From Candidatus Brennerbacteria bacterium (lineage in GTDB: Bacteria > Patescibacteriota > Minisyncoccia > UBA6257 > GWB1-50-10): a DNA stretch of 64,000 nucleotides. This document shows, piece by piece, positions 15,532 through 24,237 of the stretch; positions within the stretch are counted from its first letter, which is position 1; every line of letters starts with the position of its first letter. The notes under the pieces are model-generated. The model was not told where the DNA came from, made no database searches, and saw nothing but the letters and a program-made list of their open reading frames with translations. The position numbers were made by a program, and so were the translations under genes. The stretch is taken from assembly GCA_043799565.1 (NCBI GenBank), contig JAZDNP010000013.1:5847-69846 (forward strand), read 5' to 3'.

Positions 15532-15852
15532 TTATTTTTGGGCCGCACCCGGCTCGTCGTCCTTGCTTATAATGCGCAAAAGTTCAATGAAGGCGTAAAG
15601 AATGATGGGATACCCCACCATCGCGGAAAACGCATTAAGATCAATGACGCTCCCGTTCCGGAGTATGAAATCGGAGAAAATGCCTGAAAACGGCACCATA
15701 ATGGCGTCCGTAACCGTATAGAGAAGCTCAACAATGGGCGCTATCGCGTTCGCCTCAAGAAATAAAAGAAGCGCCCTGAAACCGAGAAGAAGCTCGGCAA
15801 AGCCGAGGATATATTTCAAATATTTGGCGATAGGGGCGATGGGAAACTGCAT
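15532..15852 (-). CDS. YggT family membrane protein
   Basis: LL.FR..L..L.AN....V..LY..T.....PF.GIF pattern. Confidence 0.8.
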   Translation of the reverse strand: MQFPIAPIAKYLKYILGFAELLLGFRALLLFLEANAIAPIVELLYTVTDAIMVPFSGIFSDFILRNGSVIDLNAFSAMVGYPIILYAFIELLRIISKDDEPGAAQK

Positions 15853-15886
15853 AGGGATTTACTTTTCTCAAGTCCTATAATACCAT

Positions 15887-16396
15887 ATCCCTATCCGCTA
15901 CCGAATAAATAACCAAATCACCGCGCGGGAACTTAGGGTCATTGACGCGGAGGGGAAAAACCTCGGCGTGCTCTCCTTTGCGGAGGCGCTGAAAAAAGCG
16001 AACGAAGCGGGCCTGGATCTCATTGAGATTACCGCAACCGCGAACCCCCCTATCGCCCGTATCCTCTCCTACGACAAGTTCCGCTATCAGAAGGAAAAGG
16101 AGGAGAAGAAACAGCGGCAGGCGGAGAAGGTGGTGGAACTGAAGCACGTTCGGATAACCCCTCGCGCCGGAAAGAACGACCTTGAGATAAAGGCGAAGAA
16201 GACGGCGGATTTTTTGGAAGAGGGGCACAAAGTGGAACTTATGATATTTTTGCGGGGACGGGAAAAGGGCAAGAAGGAATGGGGGCTCATGAAGCTGAAA
16301 GCGTTCCTCCCTATGATAACCGTGCCGCACGTGATAACGATGGAACCGAAGTTCGCGGGACGAGGATTTGTGATGCAAGTGGAGAAGAAGAAATAA
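15887..16396 (+). CDS. infC: Translation initiation factor IF-3, non-canonical ATC start
   Basis: In-frame IPIRYRINNQITARELRVID upstream of the called GTG; in-frame stop at 15878; no ATG/GTG/TTG before the conserved IN..I motif; precedes rpmI-rplT. Confidence 0.92.
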   Translation: MPIRYRINNQITARELRVIDAEGKNLGVLSFAEALKKANEAGLDLIEITATANPPIARILSYDKFRYQKEKEEKKQRQAEKVVELKHVRITPRAGKNDLEIKAKKTADFLEEGHKVELMIFLRGREKGKKEWGLMKLKAFLPMITVPHVITMEPKFAGRGFVMQVEKKK

Positions 16397-16400
16397 TATT

Positions 16401-16580
16401 ATGACCAAAACAAGGAAAAGCGTCCGCGACCGTGTGCGGGTGACGAAGAACGGAAAGGTGATGCGCCGCGCCATGGCGCTCGGCCACTCGCGCGGAAACA
16501 AAAGTTCAAAGCAAATGCGCCGGAAAAGTTTGGCGCGCGGATTGGACGACGGCGCAAAGATAGTGAGAAAATACCTCTAA
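16401..16580 (+). CDS. rpmI: 50S ribosomal protein L35 (absent from the ORF track)
   Basis: MTKTRKSVRDRVRVTKNGKVMRR...GH...KSSKQMRR; lies between infC and rplT. Confidence 0.92.
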   Translation: MTKTRKSVRDRVRVTKNGKVMRRAMALGHSRGNKSSKQMRRKSLARGLDDGAKIVRKYL

Positions 16581-16581
16581 C

Positions 16582-16926
16582 ATGACACGCGTAAAACGGG
16601 GAAAAATTGCACATAAGAAGCGCGAGCAGCTCCTGAAGTTCACTAAGGGATTTAAGTGGGGACGGAAAGCGAAGGAACGCGCCGCAAAGGAAGCGCTCCT
16701 CCACGCGTGGAGCCGGAGCTTTAAGGGAAGAAAAGAAAAGAAACGGGAGTACCGCGCGCTCTGGAATGTCCGGGTAAACGCAGGTGCAAGGGCAGAGGGA
16801 ATGAAGTACAGCACCCTTATCGCCGCATTGAAGAAGAAGGGAGTGAAGTTGGACCGTAAGATACTCGCCATGCTCGCAAAGGACCATCCGGCAGTATTTA
16901 AGAAGGTGGTTGAGTCGGTAAAGTAA
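16582..16926 (+). CDS. rplT: 50S ribosomal protein L20
   Basis: MTRVKRG, R.LW..R.NA, YS....LKK....LDRKILA. Confidence 0.97.
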   Translation: MTRVKRGKIAHKKREQLLKFTKGFKWGRKAKERAAKEALLHAWSRSFKGRKEKKREYRALWNVRVNAGARAEGMKYSTLIAALKKKGVKLDRKILAMLAKDHPAVFKKVVESVK

Positions 16927-16931
16927 CAGAA

Positions 16932-16960
16932 CAAAAACGCCCCATTTAGGGGCGTTTTTG
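16932..16960. terminator. Bidirectional terminator
   Basis: CAAAAACGCCCC-ATTTA-GGGGCGTTTTTG between convergent genes. Confidence 0.85.
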
Positions 16961-17263
16961 TCACTTTCCAAAGCGTTTCAAATCCACCTTCCCTCTCTCC
17001 ACTACCACTCCTTCCTTTCGAAGGAGTTTAATTTTCGTGTTCGTGCCGCCCGCAAATCCACCGACCGAACCATCGCTTCTCACCACGCGGTGGCACGGCA
17101 CCCTCGGCATCCCAGGGCTTTTGTTCAGCGCATTCCCCACCGCGCGCACGGCGCGGGGGTTATGCAGTAGTTGGGCCAGCTTTTGGTATGTTACGACCCT
17201 GCCGCGGGGAATTTTGGTCGTGAGAGTGTGTACTCTTTCGGTGAACGACGGTGTCGTATGCAC
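16961..17263 (-). CDS. MGMT family (methylated-DNA--protein-cysteine methyltransferase) protein
   Basis: IP.G.V.TY, RAVG.AL, PCHRVV active-site motif. Confidence 0.92.
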   Translation of the reverse strand: MHTTPSFTERVHTLTTKIPRGRVVTYQKLAQLLHNPRAVRAVGNALNKSPGMPRVPCHRVVRSDGSVGGFAGGTNTKIKLLRKEGVVVERGKVDLKRFGK

Positions 17264-17690
17264 TTTTTACATGACGCTTAAGATTCGGCGCCCGCACGAC
17301 TTTGAGCGCTTCCTTGAGCGCAAACCATCCATATCCTTCGTGGCGCTCTCCTTGGTGATTTGGCGGAACGATTTTCAGCTTCACTTCGGCTTTCTTCGTC
17401 TCCGCGAGATAATAGGTTACCGTTTTCCGTATTTTCTGGCGGTCTCTGACATACGTGAAATGGTCGGCGACGCGGAACCAGCTCCGGAATTGAAGATCCC
17501 GGATGGAGAGCCCCGTTTCTTCTTCCACCTCGCGCAGCGCCGCCTTAAAATTTTTTTCCCCTTCGTTCAGCTTGCCTTTGGGAAAATTCCAATAGGAGCC
17601 GCCGCTGTAGAGGAGTAAAAACTTCGGCCCCTCTTTCGTGCGCCGATAAATAATCATCCCCGCGGATATTTCTCGCTTTTCTTCGGTCAT
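17160..17690 (-). CDS. NUDIX hydrolase (Ap4A hydrolase-like)
   Basis: EISAG, W.FPKG, Nudix box G-x5-E-x5-ALREVEEETGL; start reassigned to ATG at 17690. Confidence 0.88.
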   Translation of the reverse strand: MTEEKREISAGMIIYRRTKEGPKFLLLYSGGSYWNFPKGKLNEGEKNFKAALREVEEETGLSIRDLQFRSWFRVADHFTYVRDRQKIRKTVTYYLAETKKAEVKLKIVPPNHQGERHEGYGWFALKEALKVVRAPNLKRHVKSAYDTVVHRKSTHSHDQNSPRQGRNIPKAGPTTA

Positions 17691-17694
17691 ACGG

Positions 17695-18327
17695 CTATCG
17701 ATGGTGTGCTCCCCGCTCGGGAATGGCATTTTCCGCGGACTCCTTCCTAAACACATAATTCCGAAGCGGGAGAAGAAGAAGTGACGCAAATATGCCGAAA
17801 CATCCCGCGCCGATAAAGATCGCGCGGAATCCGAACGCGTCCACCACGAACCCTCCCACCGCCGCGGCAAACGCATAGGCCATGCCTACCGCAAAAACGC
17901 TCTGCAAACTCCACTCAAACCCTATGCGCCACTTGTCCACGTGGCGGGTAAAGATGGCATACCACCCCGGTACTGCAAATGCCATCGTGAGTCCGAGAAA
18001 TCCCTGGAGTACGTAGATGTGCCACGCTTCGGTCGCAAAAAGATATCCGAACGGAACGAACGCAGAGAAAAAGTATCCGAAGAAAAGCGCCCAAAAATCG
18101 TCCCGCTCTCCGTCGGTTTTATCAAGAAATCGCGCGATGGGAAGTTGCACCAACGACTTCACCACCCAGTAGGTGGTGGTCGCGAGCCCTGCAACCGCCG
18201 CCGAACCCCCCTCAATGCTTCCCATGATGAAGATGGCGAATACCGGACCGAACGAGCCGAATGCGCTGTTGTAGAAGAAATCCACAGCCACAAGTGTTTT
18301 CACTACCCGATTGATGTTGGTGAACAT
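17695..18327 (-). CDS. Half-size MFS-like membrane protein
   Basis: About 6 TM helices, motif-A-like AR.LD..DG and GG..VD.FG.R. Confidence 0.75.
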   Translation of the reverse strand: MFTNINRVVKTLVAVDFFYNSAFGSFGPVFAIFIMGSIEGGSAAVAGLATTTYWVVKSLVQLPIARFLDKTDGERDDFWALFFGYFFSAFVPFGYLFATEAWHIYVLQGFLGLTMAFAVPGWYAIFTRHVDKWRIGFEWSLQSVFAVGMAYAFAAAVGGFVVDAFGFRAIFIGAGCFGIFASLLLLPLRNYVFRKESAENAIPERGAHHR

Positions 18328-18330
18328 AAT

Positions 18331-20832
18331 TTAAGAATGATTTTGGAAAACGAATGCCTCGCCTTCATACACGAGTGAGATCTTCATACCTCGCACCAGC
18401 TCACGCCTCAGTATCTTCTCCGCAAGCACTCCTTTCACGTGCTCCGAAATCGCCTGTCGCAAGGGACGCGCGCCGAACACGGGGCTCCATCCGCGCCGTG
18501 CAACTTCCGCTACCGCGCTTTCATGAATGGTAAGGTTGATGCCGTGGGCCTCCCGCAACGTATCCGAAACCTCCTGGATAAGAATCGCGGCAATCTTCTC
18601 TACCTCGCTTTGCATAAGATTCCGAAAAACAATGATATCAGAAAAACGATTGATAAGCTCCGGCTTGAAATAGGTGGTAAGCCGCTTTTTCAGCTCCAGC
18701 GCAATATCCTCGCTTTTATTCCCTTTTTCTATTTCTTCTTTGATGAAATCCGAGTGGGCGTTGGACGTCGCGATGATGATGGTATTCGTAAAATCCGCGG
18801 TGCGCCCCAAGCTGTCGGTGAGCCGCCCGTCGTCAAACACCTGGAGGAAGAGATTCAAAATGTCCGGGTGTGCCTTTTCAAACTCGTCCAAAAGGATGAG
18901 CGAATAGGGAAGCGCGCGCACCGCATCGGTCAACGCACCCGTCCGTGAACCGTCCGGATTCCCGATAAAACGCTGGATGGAGTCCTTCGTCTGAAACTCC
19001 GACATATCAAAGCGGTGCATCGCGGATGCGGTGTTAAATTGAACTTTGGTAAGTATCTTCGCAAGCTCCGTTTTCCCGACACCCGTCGGTCCCACGAAAA
19101 GGAATGTGGCAATGGGTCCTCCTTTTCGCGTAAGACCGCTCCGATATTCCCGAAGCGCGCGGGATACCGCTTTCACCGCCGCTTCCTGGTTCACAAGGCG
19201 CTCATGAATGATGGATTCAAGATTCAAAAGCTTCTCGGCCTCTTTCTCGCTCGCCGCTTCTATCGGCACCTTGCTTTGCCTCTCCGCTACCGCGATGATA
19301 TGCGACTCGCCAAGTTCGCGCGCATCCTCCGCTGAAGCTTTCGCGAGCGCCTGCTTCAAAAGGTCCAAAGCGCTTCCGGGAAGTATCCGCGTTGCGAAAT
19401 AGCGGTGTGCGAGTTCAACCGCTTTTCTCACCGCACGGAACGTTACCGTTATGTTGAATTCGCGCTCCAAAAGAAGTGAGGTGTAGGTGAGAAAACGCGT
19501 TGCCTCCGCCGGAGTGATTTCGTCCACTTCCACCTTTTCAAACTGCTCCATAAAGTCGGAGCGGGATTCTATAATCTGCTTGAACTCCTTCGGGAACGTT
19601 TCCGCGATAACGGGGATGCTCTCGCTCCCGAGGATGGGAAGGAGCATGTTGATGGGGTCGATGCCTCTTTTTTCCTTGGTGTAAAAAAGTTCGTGCACGT
19701 TCGGTATGGAAAGCACGACATTCCCCGCCGCGAGCACTTCTTCCACGATTTTCTTCATACGTCCCGCCGCTTCCTCCGGCGCTACGTCCCCCACCAGTGC
19801 CCCCACGTGGAGCTCCACGAGGCGCCTATCAAAAAGCGCGGGCGGTACACGGTCTTTGATGATGCGGAACGCGAGGTGTGCGACCATGGTGGACTTTCCG
19901 ACGCCCGGTTCACCCACGAGAAGCGCATTCGGCTTCCCTGGTCTCGCGAGCACTTGGAGTAAATGCTCAAATTCTTTCTCGTGGCCTATAAGGAATCCGA
20001 CCTCCTCGGCCCGCGCAAGGTTGGTAAGGTCAATGCTGTACTGGTCAAGAGTCGGCGTAGGACGAGCGGTCCATGCCCGATTCATGGCACGTTTGCGGAG
20101 CGTGCGTGAGTGATGCGCAAAACCTCCGAGAACCGCGGGGATGCGCCGAAGTCCGGAAAATGTTCTCCGAAATCGGCCAAACACGACCGCTTCAATCGCA
20201 TCTTCCGAACTTATCTCGTGGAGCCCAAAAAGGTTCGGGAGGGGCGCTTTGGGATGTGCGGCAAGCGCGGCAAAAAAGCTCCTCGGCTCCACGAACCGTT
20301 CCTCCGTTCCAAGAGCAACGTAGTACGCACGCACCGCAAGCGTTTCGGCTTCCTTCAAAAGTTCCTCCTTGGACTCATTCCCCTTCCCTTCTTCCGACGA
20401 GAGAAGCGTACCTACTTCCTTCGCAAACACGTCCGGGCGCACGCCAAGCCGGCGAAGCGACTCCTTGATATCCGAGCGATGGGAAAGGTTTGAAAGAAAC
20501 ACGAGCGAGAAATTCTTTCCCGCGCCGAGGGCGTACCGGAACGAACGTTGGAACACGCGGTATGCGGCGGGCGTGAGCGCCTGACGCACATTTACCGAAC
20601 CTTCTTTGAATTCCGCGAGTGTCCGCTCCCCCTCGCGCAAATGGAACACACGGTCAATAAGAAAAAGCGCAATAAATACTCCGAGTGCACGGGCTGAAAC
20701 GGCATCGGTGGTGAGAAGCACCACGGCCGCCCCGATGAGTGCCGCGTACGATACCGCGGTAAACAGACGCACTAGGAATTCTCCTCCCGTACTGAATCCA
20801 AAACGTGCGTCGCGAAAGAAAATGTTCGTCAT
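18331..20832 (-). CDS. ClpA/B/C-type AAA+ ATPase with N-terminal membrane anchor
   Basis: GEPGVGKS, GPTGVGKTE, LLDEFEKAH, FKPELINRF, FGARPLR; start reassigned to ATG overlapping the upstream stop (ATGA). Confidence 0.9.
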   Translation of the reverse strand: MTNIFFRDARFGFSTGGEFLVRLFTAVSYAALIGAAVVLLTTDAVSARALGVFIALFLIDRVFHLREGERTLAEFKEGSVNVRQALTPAAYRVFQRSFRYALGAGKNFSLVFLSNLSHRSDIKESLRRLGVRPDVFAKEVGTLLSSEEGKGNESKEELLKEAETLAVRAYYVALGTEERFVEPRSFFAALAAHPKAPLPNLFGLHEISSEDAIEAVVFGRFRRTFSGLRRIPAVLGGFAHHSRTLRKRAMNRAWTARPTPTLDQYSIDLTNLARAEEVGFLIGHEKEFEHLLQVLARPGKPNALLVGEPGVGKSTMVAHLAFRIIKDRVPPALFDRRLVELHVGALVGDVAPEEAAGRMKKIVEEVLAAGNVVLSIPNVHELFYTKEKRGIDPINMLLPILGSESIPVIAETFPKEFKQIIESRSDFMEQFEKVEVDEITPAEATRFLTYTSLLLEREFNITVTFRAVRKAVELAHRYFATRILPGSALDLLKQALAKASAEDARELGESHIIAVAERQSKVPIEAASEKEAEKLLNLESIIHERLVNQEAAVKAVSRALREYRSGLTRKGGPIATFLFVGPTGVGKTELAKILTKVQFNTASAMHRFDMSEFQTKDSIQRFIGNPDGSRTGALTDAVRALPYSLILLDEFEKAHPDILNLFLQVFDDGRLTDSLGRTADFTNTIIIATSNAHSDFIKEEIEKGNKSEDIALELKKRLTTYFKPELINRFSDIIVFRNLMQSEVEKIAAILIQEVSDTLREAHGINLTIHESAVAEVARRGWSPVFGARPLRQAISEHVKGVLAEKILRRELVRGMKISLVYEGEAFVFQNHS

Positions 20833-21182
20833 TGGCTTTGGGGTACAAATGCGAGCACGAGAAGGAGCGGAGGGATGAGAAGCCATACTATGTACGCACC
20901 AAGCGCCACCACCAAGAAAACCGCGTAAATCGCGCTCGCGACGAGAAAACGGAGGCTCCGGAACATAAACCCGAGTACGTACCCGACGATAGAATAGTCG
21001 CCGTAGAGCGGATGGAAAAGATGCCGCGCGGTGATACGCCACGCGAAAAAGTAGTCCAACCGCTCAAGACGGTTCAGCACAAAATTGAAGTAGATCTTTG
21101 CGCTCTTTACGTACCAATGACGGAGAAATTCCGCTATTCGGTATACCGCTCGGCGGAACACATATATAAGTGCCGCACTCAT
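20829..21182 (-). CDS. Small membrane protein coupled to the Clp ATPase
   Basis: HWY and LF.PLYGDY motifs, hydrophobic C-terminus, ATGA overlap. Confidence 0.75.
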   Translation of the reverse strand: MSAALIYVFRRAVYRIAEFLRHWYVKSAKIYFNFVLNRLERLDYFFAWRITARHLFHPLYGDYSIVGYVLGFMFRSLRFLVASAIYAVFLVVALGAYIVWLLIPPLLLVLAFVPQSQ

Positions 21183-21190
21183 CCCGCTTA

Positions 21191-21817
21191 TTATGGCGAG
21201 AATAAGGTCTTTTGAGAAGAAGGTGATTTGCTTTCGGAAGGCACCGCCCCGCCCCGAGAAAGCTCTTCGTAGCGGGTAAGGATGTCGGGCAATTTCGTGA
21301 AACTTCCGCGAAGGAGCGTGAGCGTTCCCGTGCCCCGAAGTGCTGCCGCAGGATGGAACATGGGATATACGAGATAATCCCCTACCCTGAAAAGTTTCCC
21401 TTGGTCACGACTTATCTTCCCGGTTGGCAAAAAATAGTTCATGGAAAAGCGGCCAAGCGGCGCAATAATCTTCGGCCTCAAAATTTCCAGCTGGCGTGCA
21501 AGATACGGACGGTACGCCTCGATTTCTTCAGGGCTCGGGTCGCGGTTGTCGGGCGGGCGGCGCTTCACGATGTTCGTGATGTACACCTCGCTGCGCTTCC
21601 AGCCGAGTTCCTCAATGAGTTTATTCAAAAGTTGTCCTGCGCGCCCCACGAAAGGACGTTTTTGTAGATCTTCGTTCATCCCCGGTGCTTCGCCGATGAA
21701 ACACACCGCCGCATCGGGGCTCCCCTCGCCAAACACGAGGTTTGCACCCCGCAACGGAAGCTCGGCTTCGCGTTCCATTTCCACTTCCAACGCCTTCAGT
21801 GCTTCAACCTTATTCAT
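21191..21817 (-). CDS. Uracil-DNA glycosylase family 4
   Basis: VFGEG, GEAPG..ED...PFVG.AG, YITN.VK.RPP.NR.P, HPAA. Confidence 0.93.
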   Translation of the reverse strand: MNKVEALKALEVEMEREAELPLRGANLVFGEGSPDAAVCFIGEAPGMNEDLQKRPFVGRAGQLLNKLIEELGWKRSEVYITNIVKRRPPDNRDPSPEEIEAYRPYLARQLEILRPKIIAPLGRFSMNYFLPTGKISRDQGKLFRVGDYLVYPMFHPAAALRGTGTLTLLRGSFTKLPDILTRYEELSRGGAVPSESKSPSSQKTLFSP

Positions 21818-21821
21818 AGTG

Positions 21822-21893
21822 TGCCCTCATGAGGAGTCGAACCTCAATTTCCAGCTTCGGAGGCCAGCGTCCTATCCATTGAACGATGAGGGC
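21822..21893 (-). tRNA. tRNA-Arg(CCG), CCA not encoded
   Basis: Acceptor GCCCTCA/TGAGGGC, anticodon arm CTGGC-CTCCGAA-GCTGG, T-loop GTTCGACTC. Confidence 0.95.
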
Positions 21894-23151
21894 CTTGCGC
21901 CCATAGTATCCCCAAAACGCCCCACAACATCAACCTCCCCGCGGGAAGCGTCCAGAGAAAATGATCAAAGAGACCGGCAATGAGAAGCGCAACGAAAAGC
22001 GCGCCGATCGCTCCCCGCTCAAGTGTCGGCATGCCGCTCCGGAGAAGTATGAGCACAGAACTCGCGATAATTGCGAGGAAGAGTACGAGTCCCACGATGC
22101 CGGTCTCCGCGCCGATTAAAAGATAAAGATTGTGAATGGGTTGCACTTCGTACGCGCGCACGAGACCGCGTGCCCGATACAATCCTTCAGCCTCCGCCTG
22201 CCCCATCGCATTCCCTATCCCCACCCCTTCGGGATGCCGGAGCATGAGAGAAAGCGCGATGCCGTTATATGCAAGGCGTGAACTCACCGATGGCTCGGAA
22301 AACGAAACGGACGCCCGGGGCATAACCACCCACGAAAACATTCCAAAAAGCGCGAATGCCGATATAGCGAGCGTAAGTAAAAGAGAAACCGCGCGCCGCC
22401 GAAATACCTTATCGGAATATCCCACGAAAAGGAGGAACGCGAGACCGAAGAAGGCCGCAAGCCATCCCGACCGCGAGAAGGTGAGCGTGAGACCAAGAAG
22501 TAAGACGAATAAAATACCTCCCAACGCTCCGCGGAGAAGCGGGCGCTCCTGCTTCAGGAAAAGGAACCCTGAAGCACACGAAGCGAGCGCGAGGAAAAGC
22601 GCCAATATATTCGCGTGCGCCATGGTGCCGTAGGCACGGAGGAAACGCGAACCTTCGGCCGCGATGCGCGCCACCCCTGTCGTTTCCGCCGTAATGGCCG
22701 ACTCGCCAAGATAGCGGAGTCCTACACTCTCGCCGGTCAAAAACTGAAGCGTGCCGACCGCGGCCTGAAAAAGTCCGCTCCCCACAAGCGCCCATGCAAC
22801 ATCACGCCACGAAACAAGCCCTCGTTCAAATCCCGCACGGACAGCCGCCCACGCAAGAAGTCCGAACGCAAAACGTCCCGCATGGAGAAGCGAAAGCGGT
22901 GCAAGACCCGAAAGCGCAGGTGAAAGAAACGCGAGCGCGGCGAATGCGCCGAGCACCACGGGAATTTCATACTTCACATTCTTCAAAAAGAGTGCGAGGA
23001 GGATAAGAAGGAGGTCCGTCCCATAGAGAAACACACTTCCATATTCCGAGATGCCCCCACCTCCATCGCCGATAAACTTTCTCGTTCCGAGTGGTATTGC
23101 AATAAAAAGACCTATGAGGAGGGTGCGCGTAATGATATTTCTAGTATTCAT
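21844..23151 (-). CDS. O-antigen ligase family membrane protein
   Basis: RAYGT..HAN, LTFSRSGW, P.GVG.GN, PIHN.YL...AETG..G; start reassigned to 23151. Confidence 0.88.
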   Translation of the reverse strand: MNTRNIITRTLLIGLFIAIPLGTRKFIGDGGGGISEYGSVFLYGTDLLLILLALFLKNVKYEIPVVLGAFAALAFLSPALSGLAPLSLLHAGRFAFGLLAWAAVRAGFERGLVSWRDVAWALVGSGLFQAAVGTLQFLTGESVGLRYLGESAITAETTGVARIAAEGSRFLRAYGTMAHANILALFLALASCASGFLFLKQERPLLRGALGGILFVLLLGLTLTFSRSGWLAAFFGLAFLLFVGYSDKVFRRRAVSLLLTLAISAFALFGMFSWVVMPRASVSFSEPSVSSRLAYNGIALSLMLRHPEGVGIGNAMGQAEAEGLYRARGLVRAYEVQPIHNLYLLIGAETGIVGLVLFLAIIASSVLILLRSGMPTLERGAIGALFVALLIAGLFDHFLWTLPAGRLMLWGVLGILWAQGPHRSMDRTLASEAGN

Positions 23152-23305
23152 ATGAGTTCGAAATGCACCACGATAAAATAAAAAAGGCCCGTTCCCGCGC
23201 CTATTCGCGTCACCACGTACGGCAACGCAAATACTCCTCCATAATGACGACCCCCGCGAGCGTACTCGCGGCGAGCGCGACCCGGTGCACGCATAGCGCA
23301 AAACC

Positions 23306-23596
23306 TTACGCCTCGTACACGTGGTCGCCCTCTCTGACCTTTCCTTCCACCTTAATGCCTACTTCCTGGCCCTTCTTCGCTTCAGGAATATCTTGGTGGT
23401 CATATTGCATTGAGCGGATGGATTCCGAAAAGTCGGTGGTAGCGCCCTTGAAGCGTACCTTGGTTCCTACCGCAACGGTTTTCGCAAATCGCACAATCGC
23501 GACGTTGATACCGCCGAAGTAGTGAGTCACTTCACCGATAGGCTTCCCTTCTGGTGCAGAATTTTTCTTTGAGAAAAGTGATGAAAAAAATCCCAT
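23306..23596 (-). CDS. Translation elongation factor-like beta-barrel protein
   Basis: IGEVTHYF..I.VA, SMQ.DH, G.EVG.KV...VREGD.VY. Confidence 0.8.
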   Translation of the reverse strand: MGFFSSLFSKKNSAPEGKPIGEVTHYFGGINVAIVRFAKTVAVGTKVRFKGATTDFSESIRSMQYDHQDIPEAKKGQEVGIKVEGKVREGDHVYEA

Positions 23597-23606
23597 TGAT
23601 TGTTAT

Positions 23607-24230
23607 TTACAGTATTCGACCTTTGACTCCATATTTCTCCTCCTCTGATTCTACGAGGTCTAGGAGGCGAGTAACAAGTGTCTCAGAATCCTTCGCAAAT
23701 ACCACCTTTCCCATCCCGCGGTGGGATTTCATAAGGAGCTCACGGATAAGGTCCGCAGTGCCTCCCGAGCCCTCAAGAACTCCGACCGGCTTCTGGTCCT
23801 CAAAAGCGATGGTGAACTCGTTCAGGGTTCCGATGCGCCCACATACCACGATGATTGCGTCCGAAGAGCGCGTGAGAAGCAGGTTTCGCCCCGAGTAATC
23901 AAACCCCGTGTAAACCACCACGTCGTGGTAATCCAGTGGCAATCGGTAGGTTTTCACATGCGCCACCTTGGATGACGCGGGCGAAAGCCCTATCACGGTG
24001 CCTCCCGCCGCTTTTGCTCCCTTCGCCGCCCAGTAAGGAATGCCCGTCGTAGCTCCTGTCATGAGCACGAGCCCATGTTGCGCAATAATCTTCCCCAATT
24101 CCTCCGCGCGTTCAAGCGCATCGGGAGGGCAGTGTCCGGTTTCCGCTGCACCCGAAACACAAAACTTGTACTTCAAACTGTGCCGGTGATTTCCGTGGTT
24201 CCGTTCGGGAACCGCTTTCTTTGTCGCCAT
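23607..24230 (-). CDS. LOG/TIGR00725 family nucleotide-binding protein
   Basis: TGA.TG.P, AKGAK.AGG..IG.SP, GRN, GTLNE; start reassigned to 24230. Confidence 0.85.
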   Translation of the reverse strand: MATKKAVPERNHGNHRHSLKYKFCVSGAAETGHCPPDALERAEELGKIIAQHGLVLMTGATTGIPYWAAKGAKAAGGTVIGLSPASSKVAHVKTYRLPLDYHDVVVYTGFDYSGRNLLLTRSSDAIIVVCGRIGTLNEFTIAFEDQKPVGVLEGSGGTADLIRELLMKSHRGMGKVVFAKDSETLVTRLLDLVESEEEKYGVKGRIL

Positions 24231-24237
24231 GAAGAGA

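Noticed and set aside
20833-21042. N-terminal extensions in the ORF track (Clp ATPase, NUDIX, LOG, comM, rnpA, VirB6-like, O-antigen ligase)
   Set aside because: They mostly overlap upstream genes; downstream starts fit family N-termini and stop/start overlaps
23152-23305. Possible small membrane-protein remnant
   Set aside because: Short hydrophobic stretches in two frames with no recognisable family; too weak to call
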